IMG/VR virus record: IMGVR_UViG_3300005544_000020
Coordinates: 128,001-192,000 of that record
Origin: a virus
Taxonomy: Duplodnaviria; Caudoviricetes
DNA length: 64,000 nucleotides
Direction: 5' to 3' (one strand)
Under the pieces are notes generated by a model. It was not told the DNA's origin and ran no database searches. It saw nothing but the letters and a program-made list of their open reading frames with translations. The translations under genes were made by a program, and so were the position numbers. Positions within the stretch are counted from its first letter, which is position 1. Each line of letters begins with the position of its first letter. This document shows, one piece after another, positions 9,477 through 19,298 of the stretch.

Positions 9477-10040
9477 TTAAATGTGTTCCTTACGGCGATC
9501 CCGGATGGCCTTCATGTCCTCCGCATGGGTGCATTCGCCGATACAAACCACTCCGCGGCTATCGCAGCGAGTCTTGATGATGCGCTCGCATTCCCGGTTT
9601 TCCGAGGCAGCTCCGGCGCGCCAGGCTGCATGAAGCAGCACGAGAAGATCATCCAGAATGTCTCCGCGCTGTCCTTCCGTCGACCACTTCTCAACCACCA
9701 TCGCGAGAGCCTGGTAATAGGGTTCCTTGATGCCGATCTTTTCGGCAAAGGCCTTCCAGGCTCCAGGGTTTGCTTCATGATCCAGACGCGCCGCCAGCCA
9801 CGGATCGGTTGATTTCCCGTTCACATTCTCGATCAGGACGTAGTTCACATAGTCGAGAATCGGATTGACATGGCTGGGAGGCTCGTCATAACGGATCGTT
9901 TCGCCATCTTCATCGACGATGGGGATCTCGGCCAGATAAGGCTTTCCGTCTTCCTCCATGGCCGTGACGCGCGCCCGCCATTTGTCTCCGCGGGGCTTGT
10001 AGCCCACGATCTGCCCGATCTTGAATTCCCAAGGGCTCAT
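9477..10040 (-). CDS. Hypothetical protein (SH3/Tudor-like N-terminus)
   Basis: FKIGQIVGY..W.ARV pattern; GGAGG RBS. Confidence 0.55.
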   Translation of the reverse strand: MSPWEFKIGQIVGYKPRGDKWRARVTAMEEDGKPYLAEIPIVDEDGETIRYDEPPSHVNPILDYVNYVLIENVNGKSTDPWLAARLDHEANPGAWKAFAEKIGIKEPYYQALAMVVEKWSTEGQRGDILDDLLVLLHAAWRAGAASENRECERIIKTRCDSRGVVCIGECTHAEDMKAIRDRRKEHI

Positions 10041-12062
10041 CTAATCCTCCAGGAGAGCCTTGCAAAGGGCCTTTGCGGTGTTGCAGGCGACCGCATTCCC
10101 GATTTGCTTCACCTGCTGCTCGCGGGTACCCATGAACTGATAGGTCTTCGGGAAACCCATCGCGGCCGCGAGCTCATGTGGACGCAACATCCGGAAGCGG
10201 ATGTCCAGGCCGACTACTCCGACGCCAGGGATCATGAGGCCGAACCGATCTTTTGCCGTCACGGTATCCAGGGGCTCCTCGACAGAGTTCGCCTTCCCGG
10301 TACCGTTGTACTTGATGATGCAGGGCTTGGCCATCGCCCACGCATCCACCGAGGTGATCGTCGGCATCGGCTTCTTGATCGAATGAACGCGCCTGTCGTT
10401 CTTACCATGGTTGGTCGGAAGAACGAAGGCTCCATCCTTGCCGTTCTTCTTCCCCTTCTTCCCGCCGCCATGCTCCATGCTGAAGACGAAGGACTCGGGT
10501 TCCACGACTGCGAACTCATTCGATCCCGTCTGGCTCTTGAGGGGATCCTCGACGGAATGAGTGCGGCGCTCGACGCCTTCCCCATGACCTGGAGAGACGA
10601 GGAAAGCCTTGGGCTCCACGACTGCGAAGCGATCCTTGCCCATGACCGTCGCCAGAGGATCGTTCACCGAACGGCCATCCCCGAGATCCGTGCCGCCCGG
10701 GGTGATGATCAGCGCCTCGGGCTGCTCGATGGAGTCCCCGTTGCTCTTCCCATTCCCGTTTCCCTTCATCTTCACGATGAAGGCCTTGGGCTTCACCAGG
10801 CCGACTCCGCGGCTGGTGGTCGTCAAAGTCGGCACAGGATCCTTCACGCTGCGCGGCTTGTTCGAACTGTTCTGGGGAAGAATGAATCCGTCCAGTTCCG
10901 GTTCGATCAGGCCGAATTTGCCGCTGCCCGTCGCGGGGATGCTGGGAACCGGCGCATTGACGTCATGGGTCCTAGGCGCTTGGCCCTCCCTCTCATTGTA
11001 GAACGGGATCATGAAGGACTGGGGTTGAACCAAAGCCTGGGCGCCCTTCCCTGCGATCGTGGGAGCGGGCTTTTCGACGGATCGCGGCGCCCCTCCGCTT
11101 TGCTGCTGAAGAATAAAGTCACCGGGCTTCGGCTCGCAGATCGCAACGTGGTTGCCGCTCGCGCATACGGCCGGCAGCGGCCCGTTCACGGACATGGCGT
11201 CCATGTGCTGCCGCAAGATGATCAGGAACGGCTCGGCTGCGGCGCCGCAGAACTTCTTGATGCCTGCGGCGATCCTCTCGAGGGTACTCCGCTTCAGAGG
11301 ATGCTTGCGGCTGAAGATCGACTGTCCTTCGATGCTCCAGTCAATGATCTTCTTCGCTGGCACCCAAGGCTTGAGGTGCTTCGCAAAGAGATCGCTTGCC
11401 TCCGGACTTTTCGTATGACTCGGAGCAGGCCAGTGGATTTTCTTGTGAAAGGGACGCCGACAGAGCATGAAGAGGCGCTGCCTGGTCGTCGCGTCGCCGA
11501 AATCGGCGGAATTCAGGATCTTGTACTCGACCCGATAATCCATGGATTCCAGAGCACCGACGAAGGCCCGGAAGGTCTCCCCTCTCTTTGACTTCATCGG
11601 ACGCCCATCAGCGCCCAACGGCCCCCAATCTTCCAGTTCGGAAACATTCTCGATGAGGATGTTCTCCACGTAGAGTTCCTGACACCACTTCAAAATGTGC
11701 CAGGGTTGAGCCCGTGACTGATCGTTCATCGGCCGAGCACCGCGGGCTTTGGCGTGGTGCGTGCATTCCGGAGAGGCGACTAGAAGCTTGAGACGCCCCG
11801 TGGGTACAACTTTGCGGGGATCGATCTTCTCGATGGCCTCGCAATAATGGGTAGCCCAGGGATGATTCTTCTTGTGGGTTTCGACCGCGATCGTCCAGTG
11901 GTTGACCGCGATCAGTTCGACCGGGGCCCCGAGCTCCTTGCAGGCTTCGGCTAGACCCGTGCTGGTACCGCCGGCACCGCAAAAGAGATCGACGCTCGTG
12001 ACCTTTTCACGCTTGGCCTTCCCACGGAGCTTCTTCAGACGGAGTTTTTGAGCGGCAGTCAC
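10041..12062 (-). CDS. C5-cytosine DNA methyltransferase with about nine repeated TRD-like modules
   Basis: DLFCGAGG, ASPECTHH, IENVSE, RQRLF, QIGNAV; repeats of S-V-x-x-P-x-P-T...E-P. Confidence 0.92.
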   Translation of the reverse strand: MTAAQKLRLKKLRGKAKREKVTSVDLFCGAGGTSTGLAEACKELGAPVELIAVNHWTIAVETHKKNHPWATHYCEAIEKIDPRKVVPTGRLKLLVASPECTHHAKARGARPMNDQSRAQPWHILKWCQELYVENILIENVSELEDWGPLGADGRPMKSKRGETFRAFVGALESMDYRVEYKILNSADFGDATTRQRLFMLCRRPFHKKIHWPAPSHTKSPEASDLFAKHLKPWVPAKKIIDWSIEGQSIFSRKHPLKRSTLERIAAGIKKFCGAAAEPFLIILRQHMDAMSVNGPLPAVCASGNHVAICEPKPGDFILQQQSGGAPRSVEKPAPTIAGKGAQALVQPQSFMIPFYNEREGQAPRTHDVNAPVPSIPATGSGKFGLIEPELDGFILPQNSSNKPRSVKDPVPTLTTTSRGVGLVKPKAFIVKMKGNGNGKSNGDSIEQPEALIITPGGTDLGDGRSVNDPLATVMGKDRFAVVEPKAFLVSPGHGEGVERRTHSVEDPLKSQTGSNEFAVVEPESFVFSMEHGGGKKGKKNGKDGAFVLPTNHGKNDRRVHSIKKPMPTITSVDAWAMAKPCIIKYNGTGKANSVEEPLDTVTAKDRFGLMIPGVGVVGLDIRFRMLRPHELAAAMGFPKTYQFMGTREQQVKQIGNAVACNTAKALCKALLED

Positions 12063-12574
12063 TGAGTAGCCCTAACCTTCATCTTCTTGGCGATCGTCCG
12101 AAGATCGTCGACGATCGGACTTGTTCCAAGAACATCTGCCAGGAGCAGCGATTCTTCAGCGTAGAGCTTGCAGAAATCCGATGGGGCGTCGGTCATCTCG
12201 AGCAGGTTGTCGATGCGATCGAGCGTCTTGATCAGCTTGACCTCTTCGGGGACCTCAGACAGATGCTTCCGATCCAAGGCCTTACGCTGATCCCGAGGAA
12301 GTCCCGTGCCCTTGGACTTGTTCGTCATGCAGTCCACGTAGAAGGCGACCTGGGCGTTCGTCGCCTCCTCGATCTCTGCCTTGGTGATCGTGGTATCTTC
12401 CAGCACATCGTGCAGATAGGCCGCGGCCACCATCTCTTCGGTGACTACGGGCAGAATTCCTACCCGACCGGCCACCCGCGCCGGATGCGTGATGTAGGGG
12501 AATCCCGTGTACTTCCGCTTCTGCCCTTCATGTGCCCGGACTGCGAGCGCCGCCGCCTTGAGAATAATGCTCAT
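12059..12574 (-). CDS. HD-domain (p)ppGpp hydrolase-like protein (small alarmone hydrolase / Mesh1 type)
   Basis: AHEGQKRKY..PYITHP, AAYLHDVLEDT, IKTLDRIDNL. Confidence 0.85.
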   Translation of the reverse strand: MSIILKAAALAVRAHEGQKRKYTGFPYITHPARVAGRVGILPVVTEEMVAAAYLHDVLEDTTITKAEIEEATNAQVAFYVDCMTNKSKGTGLPRDQRKALDRKHLSEVPEEVKLIKTLDRIDNLLEMTDAPSDFCKLYAEESLLLADVLGTSPIVDDLRTIAKKMKVRATQ

Positions 12575-12954
12575 GAGGTGATCCGTTTCTCTTTCAATTC
12601 CTTCCGTCTTCCGACTTCCTGCTCAATCTGGACGAGGCCTCCCAAGGTCTGCCGGAGCTTGATGCGGAGATCTTCGGCGGCCTTGAGCAGATCGCGCTGC
12701 CAGACCTCCAGCGTCTCTTCCCGAACCGACTGGATCATCTCCGGCTTCCAGTGCGCGAAATACTCGATCGTCGAGAGTTCCTCGCCCAGGATCTTGACGG
12801 CCGCGCGCACTCTGAGCGCCGTCGCCATATCTCCTCCCTTCAGCAGCATCAGCCGCTGGATCAAAATGCCCTTGCCGTCGCAGGGCTTGCAAGGCCCGCT
12901 GTTATCCGCCTTCAGGCCCCGCCCGTCGCAGTCTTTGCAGACTTTGTATCCCAC
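12571..12954 (-). CDS. DnaJ-type CxxCxGxG Zn-finger protein with coiled coil
   Basis: CKDCDGRG...CKPCDGKG; GTG start inferred from overlap. Confidence 0.55.
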   Translation of the reverse strand: MGYKVCKDCDGRGLKADNSGPCKPCDGKGILIQRLMLLKGGDMATALRVRAAVKILGEELSTIEYFAHWKPEMIQSVREETLEVWQRDLLKAAEDLRIKLRQTLGGLVQIEQEVGRRKELKEKRITS

Positions 12955-13184
12955 TGTTCTCCTCGGACGGCCAGATAGTTTTCCAGGTCCTGCACGAACG
13001 CGCCGGTGCGACCTCTGGGAATCTTTGGACCGGCGAGAGCATCGCCTAGGAGGCTTTCGTGAAATTTCACGGGGTCGATCACATGGGATCCTGGCGCCAG
13101 GTCGAAAGGCTCTGCTGCAGGGCCGATCTGCTTCAGTCGCCTGATCATCTCCTTCACCCGGGGATTCCATTCGGCGCCGGCCAC
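12912..13184 (-). CDS. Hypothetical protein
   Basis: GGAGG RBS; downstream of a promoter. Confidence 0.5.
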   Translation of the reverse strand: MAGAEWNPRVKEMIRRLKQIGPAAEPFDLAPGSHVIDPVKFHESLLGDALAGPKIPRGRTGAFVQDLENYLAVRGEQWDTKSAKTATGGA

Positions 13185-13205
13185 TTATCTCCTCCTGTCG
13201 ACGCC

Positions 13206-13234
13206 GTTATACCGGTTTACGGGTCGCCGGTCAA
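13206..13234 (-). promoter_or_regulatory. sigma70-like promoter TTGACC-N17-TATAAC (class II, GTAAACCGG spacer)
   Basis: Read directly from the sequence. Confidence 0.65.
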
Positions 13235-13425
13235 TGGCCGTTTTGACACTGAGGCGCCTTGCACTCCCGGTCGTGGCGATCCTTCTGCGGGCTGTTGCCG
13301 CGCATCGACACGCTCTCGTAGTACGGGCTCTTGCAGTATGCGCAGACCTTGGGCTTCTCTTCCTTTTCCGGATGCCACTTGTGGCTGCACCGGAGGCACT
13401 CGAACGTCGGCAGCTTCACCTTCAT
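13231..13425 (-). CDS. Small Zn-ribbon protein (CxxC..HxW..CxxCKSPY), possible regulator, probably leaderless
   Basis: FECLRCSHKWHP...PKVCAYCKSPYY; ATG is 7 nt after TATAAT. Confidence 0.7.
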   Translation of the reverse strand: MKVKLPTFECLRCSHKWHPEKEEKPKVCAYCKSPYYESVSMRGNSPQKDRHDRECKAPQCQNGH

Positions 13426-13432
13426 GGTCTCC

Positions 13433-13470
13433 ATTATATCTTCACCCTCACGATAAGTCTATACTCGGGT
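13433..13470 (-). promoter_or_regulatory. Promoter TAGACT-N17-TATAAT with an inverted copy of the class I motif (CCCGAGTATAGAC) over its -35
   Basis: Motif agtctatactcgggt at 13456-13470. Confidence 0.6.
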
Positions 13471-13472
13471 AG

Positions 13473-13916
13473 TTACTCTTCCGTTCCTTCCCACTGCTTC
13501 GCGAACTTCTTTGCGATGCGGCCGCGCTCGACGATGTTCGCCGTGTCGGGCAGGATCATGCGAAGGACCTTCCGCCCGCCCTCCTTTGCCCAAGCGAACA
13601 TCACGTCGTACTTGTCCAGAATCTCGCCATACCGAATGCCCGGTTCGTAGCGCTTCCCTTCCTTGAGGTGTCCCACCACCGTCCAGAAGATCCCGTGGGC
13701 GACTTCACCGGGAATGGGATAGACGATCTGGATATCCGGGTGCTTCCAGGTCTCCTCGAAACCGTGCGTATGAGCGTTGGCGCCCATCGGACTATCGGTG
13801 TCGTCGAAGACATAATGGGCGTACCACCCATGCTTCTTCATGTTCTCGTCATGAAGTTGCTTCATGCGGCGCCGCGCGGACCTGTCCCGTTCATCCGGGC
13901 TGTCGAAGTTCATCAT
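13473..13916 (-). CDS. DUF4262-like protein
   Basis: KHGWYAHYVF...AHTHGF...HPDIQI pattern. Confidence 0.65.
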   Translation of the reverse strand: MMNFDSPDERDRSARRRMKQLHDENMKKHGWYAHYVFDDTDSPMGANAHTHGFEETWKHPDIQIVYPIPGEVAHGIFWTVVGHLKEGKRYEPGIRYGEILDKYDVMFAWAKEGGRKVLRMILPDTANIVERGRIAKKFAKQWEGTEE

Positions 13917-16228
13917 GCAGCCTTCTTTTCTTCCAGCATTTCATGCAGGACAGCGTCCAGGATGCCGGCCTCCTGGATGGTCCGGTCGCCTTCGCCCAGG
14001 ATCGAGTTGACCACCTCGCGTTTCGCATCGATCATCTTGGCGATCTTCTCCTCGATGCTGCCGAGGAGCAAGAGATAGTAAACCATGACGGGCATCGTCT
14101 GCCCGATCCGGTGGGTCCGGTCCTCGGCCTGGGAATGAATACCGGGCGTCCAGTCCAGTTCGATAAAGACGACCGTGTGGCAAGCCACCAGATTTGCGCC
14201 GATCGACATCGCCCGGATGCCGCAGACCAGGATCTCGAGGTCTCCTTCCTGGAAGGAGTCGATCACGTTCTGACGATCCATCCCCGTCACTCGGCCGTCG
14301 ATGAACGCCGTCTTGATGCCCTTCCCCTGGAAAGCTGCCACGATGCGGTCGATGGTGTCATGGTGGACAGCGAAGACGAGGACCTTCTTCTCGGTCGCCT
14401 GCAGGCCAGCGGTGAATTCGATGCATTCGGTGAACTTGGCGTTCACGGCCGCTTCCTTCAGTTCTTCGATCTCCGCGATCGCAAGATCCTTGAGACCCGC
14501 ATTTCGCGCGGCCTTCTCCGCATGCTTAGCGACGTAGGCTTTGCGATCGGCCTCCGGGAGCGCTTCAATCAGGGTCTTCCATTCCTCCCGTTCCTTGAGG
14601 ATTTTCCTCAGGCGGTCCAGAGCATCCACTTCCTTCTTGCGATAGACCTTGTCTTCGTCATCCTCGACAAGAAAGGGGATCATGGTTCGAGTCTTGGGCG
14701 GGAGCTCCTTCATGACCTGGTCCTTGGTCCGCCGGATCATGATCGTGGAGCGCAGCGTCTTGTCCAGTTCCGCAATATTCGATACGCCGCTGAAATCCCA
14801 GACCATTTTGCCGCCGGCCGCTGGCTTTTGATAGGCGCCGCAATAACGGATTCCATAGTCAAACCGCTTGGGTGCGACGCTCTTGTTGACGATCTGGATC
14901 TGTGTCCAGAGTTCCATCGGTCGGCTATCGATCGGTGTTCCCGTCAGGCAGATGGAGTTCTGGACGATCTCGGAGATCTCGATGGAGGCGACTGTACGCT
15001 GGGCGCTGATTTCCTTGAGGAAATGGGACTCGTCGGAGATCAGCGTCTTGTAGCCGGCCTTCACAAACTCATCGAAGGGAACGCCGTTCACGAAGACGAG
15101 CTTGTATTCCGGATCGGCTCGGACCCTTCGGGCTCGAGATCCCTGGGCCTTGATCAGGTCCAAAACCCGGTTGATTCGGTTCCGGTTGTCGATGTCCGTG
15201 TACTTCTTCATCGCCTTCTCGAGCAGCTCATAAGCCTGAAGGCCGGCCCAGGCCAGATGCTTCTGGCCATACTCCTGGAGCTCCTTCTTCGGCGAAAGAA
15301 GGTTCCGGAGCCAGGTCTTCGGCGTCTCGACCGCCAGAAGGTCATAATTCGTGATCGTGATGTCGTAGCCCGCGAGGGGCGTCAGGGAGACGTCCAGACC
15401 CGCCTTCTTGAAGCTCGAAAGGGACGTCTTCCCCGAGATCAGAAGGGGCTTTAAATCGGTGAATTTCGAGACGGCGCGGTACCAGGTGACCCGAACCAGG
15501 GAGGGGCACAGTACGAGGGCAGGAAGGGCCCTTTCCGGCCTCAGGATGAGGTATCCCAGGCTCTGGGGGGTCTTCCCGAGGCCCATTTCGTCGGCAATCA
15601 GCGCCCGGCCCTCATGATCGTCGATCCACTTCACCCCGGCCCGCTGGAAGGGGTAGAGCTCGATCTTGCTGGGAATCACTATCTCCGCGGTATGGGACCG
15701 GCTTTCCTCGTAAGCTTTCTTGCCGTCGTCGACGGCGACCCTGAGGGCAGGATCCAGATCCAGGGAGCATTTCTCTGCCTTGAACGTGGCGATCGCCGTC
15801 TCAATGTCCACTGGGGTGAACGGGATGAGCCAATTCTTGCCGTCCTTGTCCCACTTTCGGGACTTGAGGCGCTTGACCACGTCGACCAGATGTTGATCGT
15901 AGGGGAACACGACGGCCACCATGGGGCCGCCGGCGGTCTCCACCTTCTTCAGGCTGACGGTCGCCCCGATCGTCACTTCGCTCTCAATGATGTCGAGCGA
16001 GAACGGATCCGGCGGCACGAGCGACTCGAATTCCAGTCCCAACTCCGTCAGCTTGCCTTCATAAGGCCGCAGGATCGTCCAAAGGCTCCAGATCTGCCGG
16101 CTCTGCTTCTGACGGGCCTTCAGGATCGTGCCCACGGAGACGAAATCCGTGTCGGACAAGCCAGCATCTCCGTGCTCATAGAGTCTCTGAGCCGTCTGGA
16201 GGATGCTTTCGATGGTCGGCTCTGTCAT
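13913..16228 (-). CDS. SNF2-family helicase with HARP-like domain (SMARCAL1-like)
   Basis: LYPFQRAG, ADEMGLGKT, ISDESH, LTGTP, QAEDRTHRIGQ; upstream FPYD...WD...W HARP-like segment. Confidence 0.92.
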   Translation of the reverse strand: MTEPTIESILQTAQRLYEHGDAGLSDTDFVSVGTILKARQKQSRQIWSLWTILRPYEGKLTELGLEFESLVPPDPFSLDIIESEVTIGATVSLKKVETAGGPMVAVVFPYDQHLVDVVKRLKSRKWDKDGKNWLIPFTPVDIETAIATFKAEKCSLDLDPALRVAVDDGKKAYEESRSHTAEIVIPSKIELYPFQRAGVKWIDDHEGRALIADEMGLGKTPQSLGYLILRPERALPALVLCPSLVRVTWYRAVSKFTDLKPLLISGKTSLSSFKKAGLDVSLTPLAGYDITITNYDLLAVETPKTWLRNLLSPKKELQEYGQKHLAWAGLQAYELLEKAMKKYTDIDNRNRINRVLDLIKAQGSRARRVRADPEYKLVFVNGVPFDEFVKAGYKTLISDESHFLKEISAQRTVASIEISEIVQNSICLTGTPIDSRPMELWTQIQIVNKSVAPKRFDYGIRYCGAYQKPAAGGKMVWDFSGVSNIAELDKTLRSTIMIRRTKDQVMKELPPKTRTMIPFLVEDDEDKVYRKKEVDALDRLRKILKEREEWKTLIEALPEADRKAYVAKHAEKAARNAGLKDLAIAEIEELKEAAVNAKFTECIEFTAGLQATEKKVLVFAVHHDTIDRIVAAFQGKGIKTAFIDGRVTGMDRQNVIDSFQEGDLEILVCGIRAMSIGANLVACHTVVFIELDWTPGIHSQAEDRTHRIGQTMPVMVYYLLLLGSIEEKIAKMIDAKREVVNSILGEGDRTIQEAGILDAVLHEMLEEKKAA

Positions 16229-16587
16229 GACCTAGCCTTGTTAGGAATGTACCCCTGATCGATCAACAGCTTGAGTTTGCAGGAATTGGAATGCTTCGGC
16301 TTCTGCACTTCGCACCATGGGCAGTGGCTCGGAATCTCTGCCTCTGGATCCGTCCATTCCAAGCACCGGACCATGTCGGCCAAGTCATGATTGACGTTGC
16401 GGATCTTGTCGATCTGGAGATCCGCATCAGAAACATGCTTCCGAGACTGCTGAAGCTGCCCGGTCAACAAGGCTTTGTCGTCCTTCAGCGCCTCCGTCTC
16501 AGCCTTGAGGCGTCCCACCAGAAGCTCTGCGGCCTGGGCTCGTTCTTTCCAAGATTCTAGTTCAAGCTGCGTTTCGTCTTTGAACAT
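16225..16587 (-). CDS. Coiled-coil plus Cys/His small protein
   Basis: Heptad pattern; CPWC...H...C. Confidence 0.55.
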   Translation of the reverse strand: MFKDETQLELESWKERAQAAELLVGRLKAETEALKDDKALLTGQLQQSRKHVSDADLQIDKIRNVNHDLADMVRCLEWTDPEAEIPSHCPWCEVQKPKHSNSCKLKLLIDQGYIPNKARS

Positions 16588-16589
16588 CC

Positions 16590-17891
16590 TTACACCTTCA
16601 TCTCCGCATAAAGAAGGGTATTGATCGCCTGTACGCTCGTGTCCTCGCCGTTGATGAGCAGATCGATCACCGGCATACGCCGCGGCTCCAGGCTGACCCG
16701 AATTCCGATGATCGACCCCTTGAAGCGGATTACTCCGAGTTTGCCGAGCTGCTCGAGTAATTCCTTGGCTCGGCCTTTATCCTGTTCCGGAACGCCCTTG
16801 TAGATCTGCTCGAAGGGCCCGTGGCAGGCGCCGATCAGCGTCTTCGCCTTCATCCGGCGTAGCAGACGCGCGACCAGATCCCTGTTGGTCATGCTCCGCG
16901 TGGGAAGGGTTTCTTCCACCATGTTCTTCGGCCAGAGGAAGGAGAACTCGGATTCGAGCATACTTCGGAGAGGTTCGACCACTTCCGCGACTTCCTCCCG
17001 GAGATGCTTGAACTTGGCCGTCTCGCGGATCTGATGGCGGAGCTTCCGCGTGGCTTCTTCTCGATCCTTCGCCTCAGGATATTCCCGGACGAGATTCATG
17101 AGCGTCCAAATGGCCTGCTCTTTCTCGTCCCCCTCGCTTTCGAGCTGTTCCTTCCTGGCCGCGGCCATTTCCCGAAGTTTCAGTTCGCAGCTCTTGTACT
17201 TGACCTCCCAATCGGCCTTCCGATTGCGATCCAGGCCCTCGATGTACCAGAGCGGCGGACCGTCCCCCTTCATGAGGTCGCGGATCTTTCCGTAAACCTG
17301 CCTGAGGAGAGGAGAAAGATCACAGATATTAGCCGGATGCCGGGAAACCAGCCTACGCCATTGGCTGGCCCAGGAATCGTATTGGGTCCACCGTTCTTCA
17401 TGACTCCAGGGATCGAGATCCAAGGTCTCCATGACTTGAAGAAGACCTTCCATCTCCCTGAGTTCTTCCTCGGACAGAGAACCGTTCCAATGTTGGACGA
17501 TCACCGGCGCAGGCGCGGGCGTGGGCTCGGGCGCAGGGTCGGGTTCTGTCACCGGCTCGACGATGACTTTCATAGGCCCCGGAAGAGCCGGTATTTCCGG
17601 GGCCGGAACGATCTTGGACATCGGGTCGACCAGGCTCTTGATGGCCTCGATCGATGCCGGGATGAGCATGGACTGAAGATCGGCGCGTTCGGTCTTGAGT
17701 TCGACGAGCTTCGATGCGACGTCGACGATGGGCGTCACATTGAGCGCCGACAACTCCGTGGCCTTCTCGGTCAGAAGCTTGATCCAGACATCAAGCTTCT
17801 CGATCTGCTTCGTGATGTCCTGCTTCTTCTTGATGCTCTCCGCCTGGGCGCTCAGCTTGTTCAGGATGCTCTGCAGTTCTTGCTCGTTCAT
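16590..17891 (-). CDS. Coiled-coil protein with possible C-terminal winged helix
   Basis: Long ORF with heptads and Pro-rich linker. Confidence 0.6.
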   Translation of the reverse strand: MNEQELQSILNKLSAQAESIKKKQDITKQIEKLDVWIKLLTEKATELSALNVTPIVDVASKLVELKTERADLQSMLIPASIEAIKSLVDPMSKIVPAPEIPALPGPMKVIVEPVTEPDPAPEPTPAPAPVIVQHWNGSLSEEELREMEGLLQVMETLDLDPWSHEERWTQYDSWASQWRRLVSRHPANICDLSPLLRQVYGKIRDLMKGDGPPLWYIEGLDRNRKADWEVKYKSCELKLREMAAARKEQLESEGDEKEQAIWTLMNLVREYPEAKDREEATRKLRHQIRETAKFKHLREEVAEVVEPLRSMLESEFSFLWPKNMVEETLPTRSMTNRDLVARLLRRMKAKTLIGACHGPFEQIYKGVPEQDKGRAKELLEQLGKLGVIRFKGSIIGIRVSLEPRRMPVIDLLINGEDTSVQAINTLLYAEMKV

Positions 17892-18205
17892 TCCTTCACC
17901 GCCTTTTCGAGAAGCGCATTCGTCTTCTCGATGATCTCGAGGCGCTCTCGGTTCTCATCCTCACGGTAACAGGAGATGTAGGGAGCTTTCTCCAGAGGCA
18001 GCCAGATCTTGCCGCCAAAGCCGAGGAAGCCCTGGAACCGGTATTCGAAGCTGAAGCGATAGTCCCAGTTGAGGGCGCACTGGATAAAGCTTCGACGCTC
18101 GTAATGATGCCCGGAGGCGCCGGCCACCTCTATGAGTAGATCGTAAAATCTCCCAAGCGCCGCCTCGTCGTAGATGCCCGGTTCTTTTTCCTTCTCGAAG
18201 CTCAT
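17888..18205 (-). CDS. Hypothetical protein
   Basis: ATGA overlaps on both sides. Confidence 0.55.
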   Translation of the reverse strand: MSFEKEKEPGIYDEAALGRFYDLLIEVAGASGHHYERRSFIQCALNWDYRFSFEYRFQGFLGFGGKIWLPLEKAPYISCYREDENRERLEIIEKTNALLEKAVKE

Positions 18206-18666
18206 GATCTTTCCCTAGAGAGCCACAGGTCGAACTTCTCGTGATCCTGGTAGAACCGCTGCTTCTCTATCGACAGAGCCCCTACGCCGATATGCGTGTA
18301 CCACTCCTGCCATTTCCTCTGGATCCAGAAGCGGAATTCCAGCATGGCCTTCTGATCGTCATCCAGCAGCTTTGCCGGATCCTTGTAGCCGCGGACTCTG
18401 GCGTACTGGACAAGCCGATCATTCCATCTCATGTCCGACGTCTTGGACATCTCCACCATCTGGCGGACAAAGGAAAGGCCTCGGCCGGGCCCGGGGATCG
18501 GAGGCCCCGGATAGATCAGCTCGAGGCAGCGTTCCTCGCTGTTGGGCGATTCCTTGCTAAAGGCGATCGCGACGGCCTTCCGCTGCTCTTCGAGGATAGT
18601 GTCGGAGACATCCCGCGCGAGTAGCTGGTCGTATACCTTCAGGGCTGCCGCAGTCCTCTTCAGCAT
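18202..18666 (-). CDS. Hypothetical protein
   Basis: Packed ORF. Confidence 0.5.
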   Translation of the reverse strand: MLKRTAAALKVYDQLLARDVSDTILEEQRKAVAIAFSKESPNSEERCLELIYPGPPIPGPGRGLSFVRQMVEMSKTSDMRWNDRLVQYARVRGYKDPAKLLDDDQKAMLEFRFWIQRKWQEWYTHIGVGALSIEKQRFYQDHEKFDLWLSRERS

Positions 18667-18920
18667 GACTTGCTCACGTCGATCTGTTCGATGGTTCTTA
18701 CGATTTCGCTCAGGACGAACTCCTTGGCCACCGGCAGAGCGAGCGCAACGAGCAGCTTGGCGGGAATCTCCACACGCTGCTCAAGCTTTTCCTTCTTATC
18801 CCAGGACCCGAAGACCGCTTCCTTGAAAACGACCGTGGCGTCTCCGGACCAATCGCCGTTGTGAATCACGACGACATCGCCGTCGTATCCGGGGATCTGG
18901 AAGCTTGATGAGTGCGACAT
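18660..18920 (-). CDS. Hypothetical protein
   Basis: Packed ORF with GGAG RBS. Confidence 0.5.
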   Translation of the reverse strand: MSHSSSFQIPGYDGDVVVIHNGDWSGDATVVFKEAVFGSWDKKEKLEQRVEIPAKLLVALALPVAKEFVLSEIVRTIEQIDVSKSC

Positions 18921-19145
18921 AAGCTACTTGACTCCCTTCTTGAGGATCTTGCGCGCCGCACGCTTTGCGTTCGACATGGCCATGGGAATGCAGCCCACGC
19001 CGCTCTTTTCCATGCCCTCGCTGAAGCCGTACGTCAGCTTCTTATTGTCGAGGTCGTAGACCGCCCACCTCGCCACCTTCTCTCCTTCGCGAGGTAGCGT
19101 GACGGTGCAGACGAGCTTCCGCTCCAGAACGAAAACGTCCATGGC

Positions 19146-19295
19146 CTATCCCTTCTTCTCCAGCTTCATGACTTCCATGAAACAACTCGGATGGAAATCC
19201 GCCTTCGGCCTCCGGCAGAAATCGCCCACGATGGTCTTCCTGCAATGGCCGCATGGCCGCACGGGTTTTGCCCGCTTCCCTGTCTTGCCCGGCAT
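19146..19295 (-). CDS. 49-aa Zn-finger protein absent from the ORF track (MPGKTGKRAKPVRPCGHC...FHPSCF)
   Basis: Manually translated; fills the gap; CxxC...HxxC. Confidence 0.55.
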   Translation of the reverse strand: MPGKTGKRAKPVRPCGHCRKTIVGDFCRRPKADFHPSCFMEVMKLEKKG

Positions 19296-19298
19296 GGC

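Noticed and set aside
9477-18923. TAG-ATG (10040/10041) and TAG-CTT-ATG (18920/18924) in-frame junctions as programmed fusions
   Set aside because: The same adjacency occurs with TAA (50759/50760), and the downstream genes have their own RBS; this is ordinary tight packing, though low-level readthrough is possible
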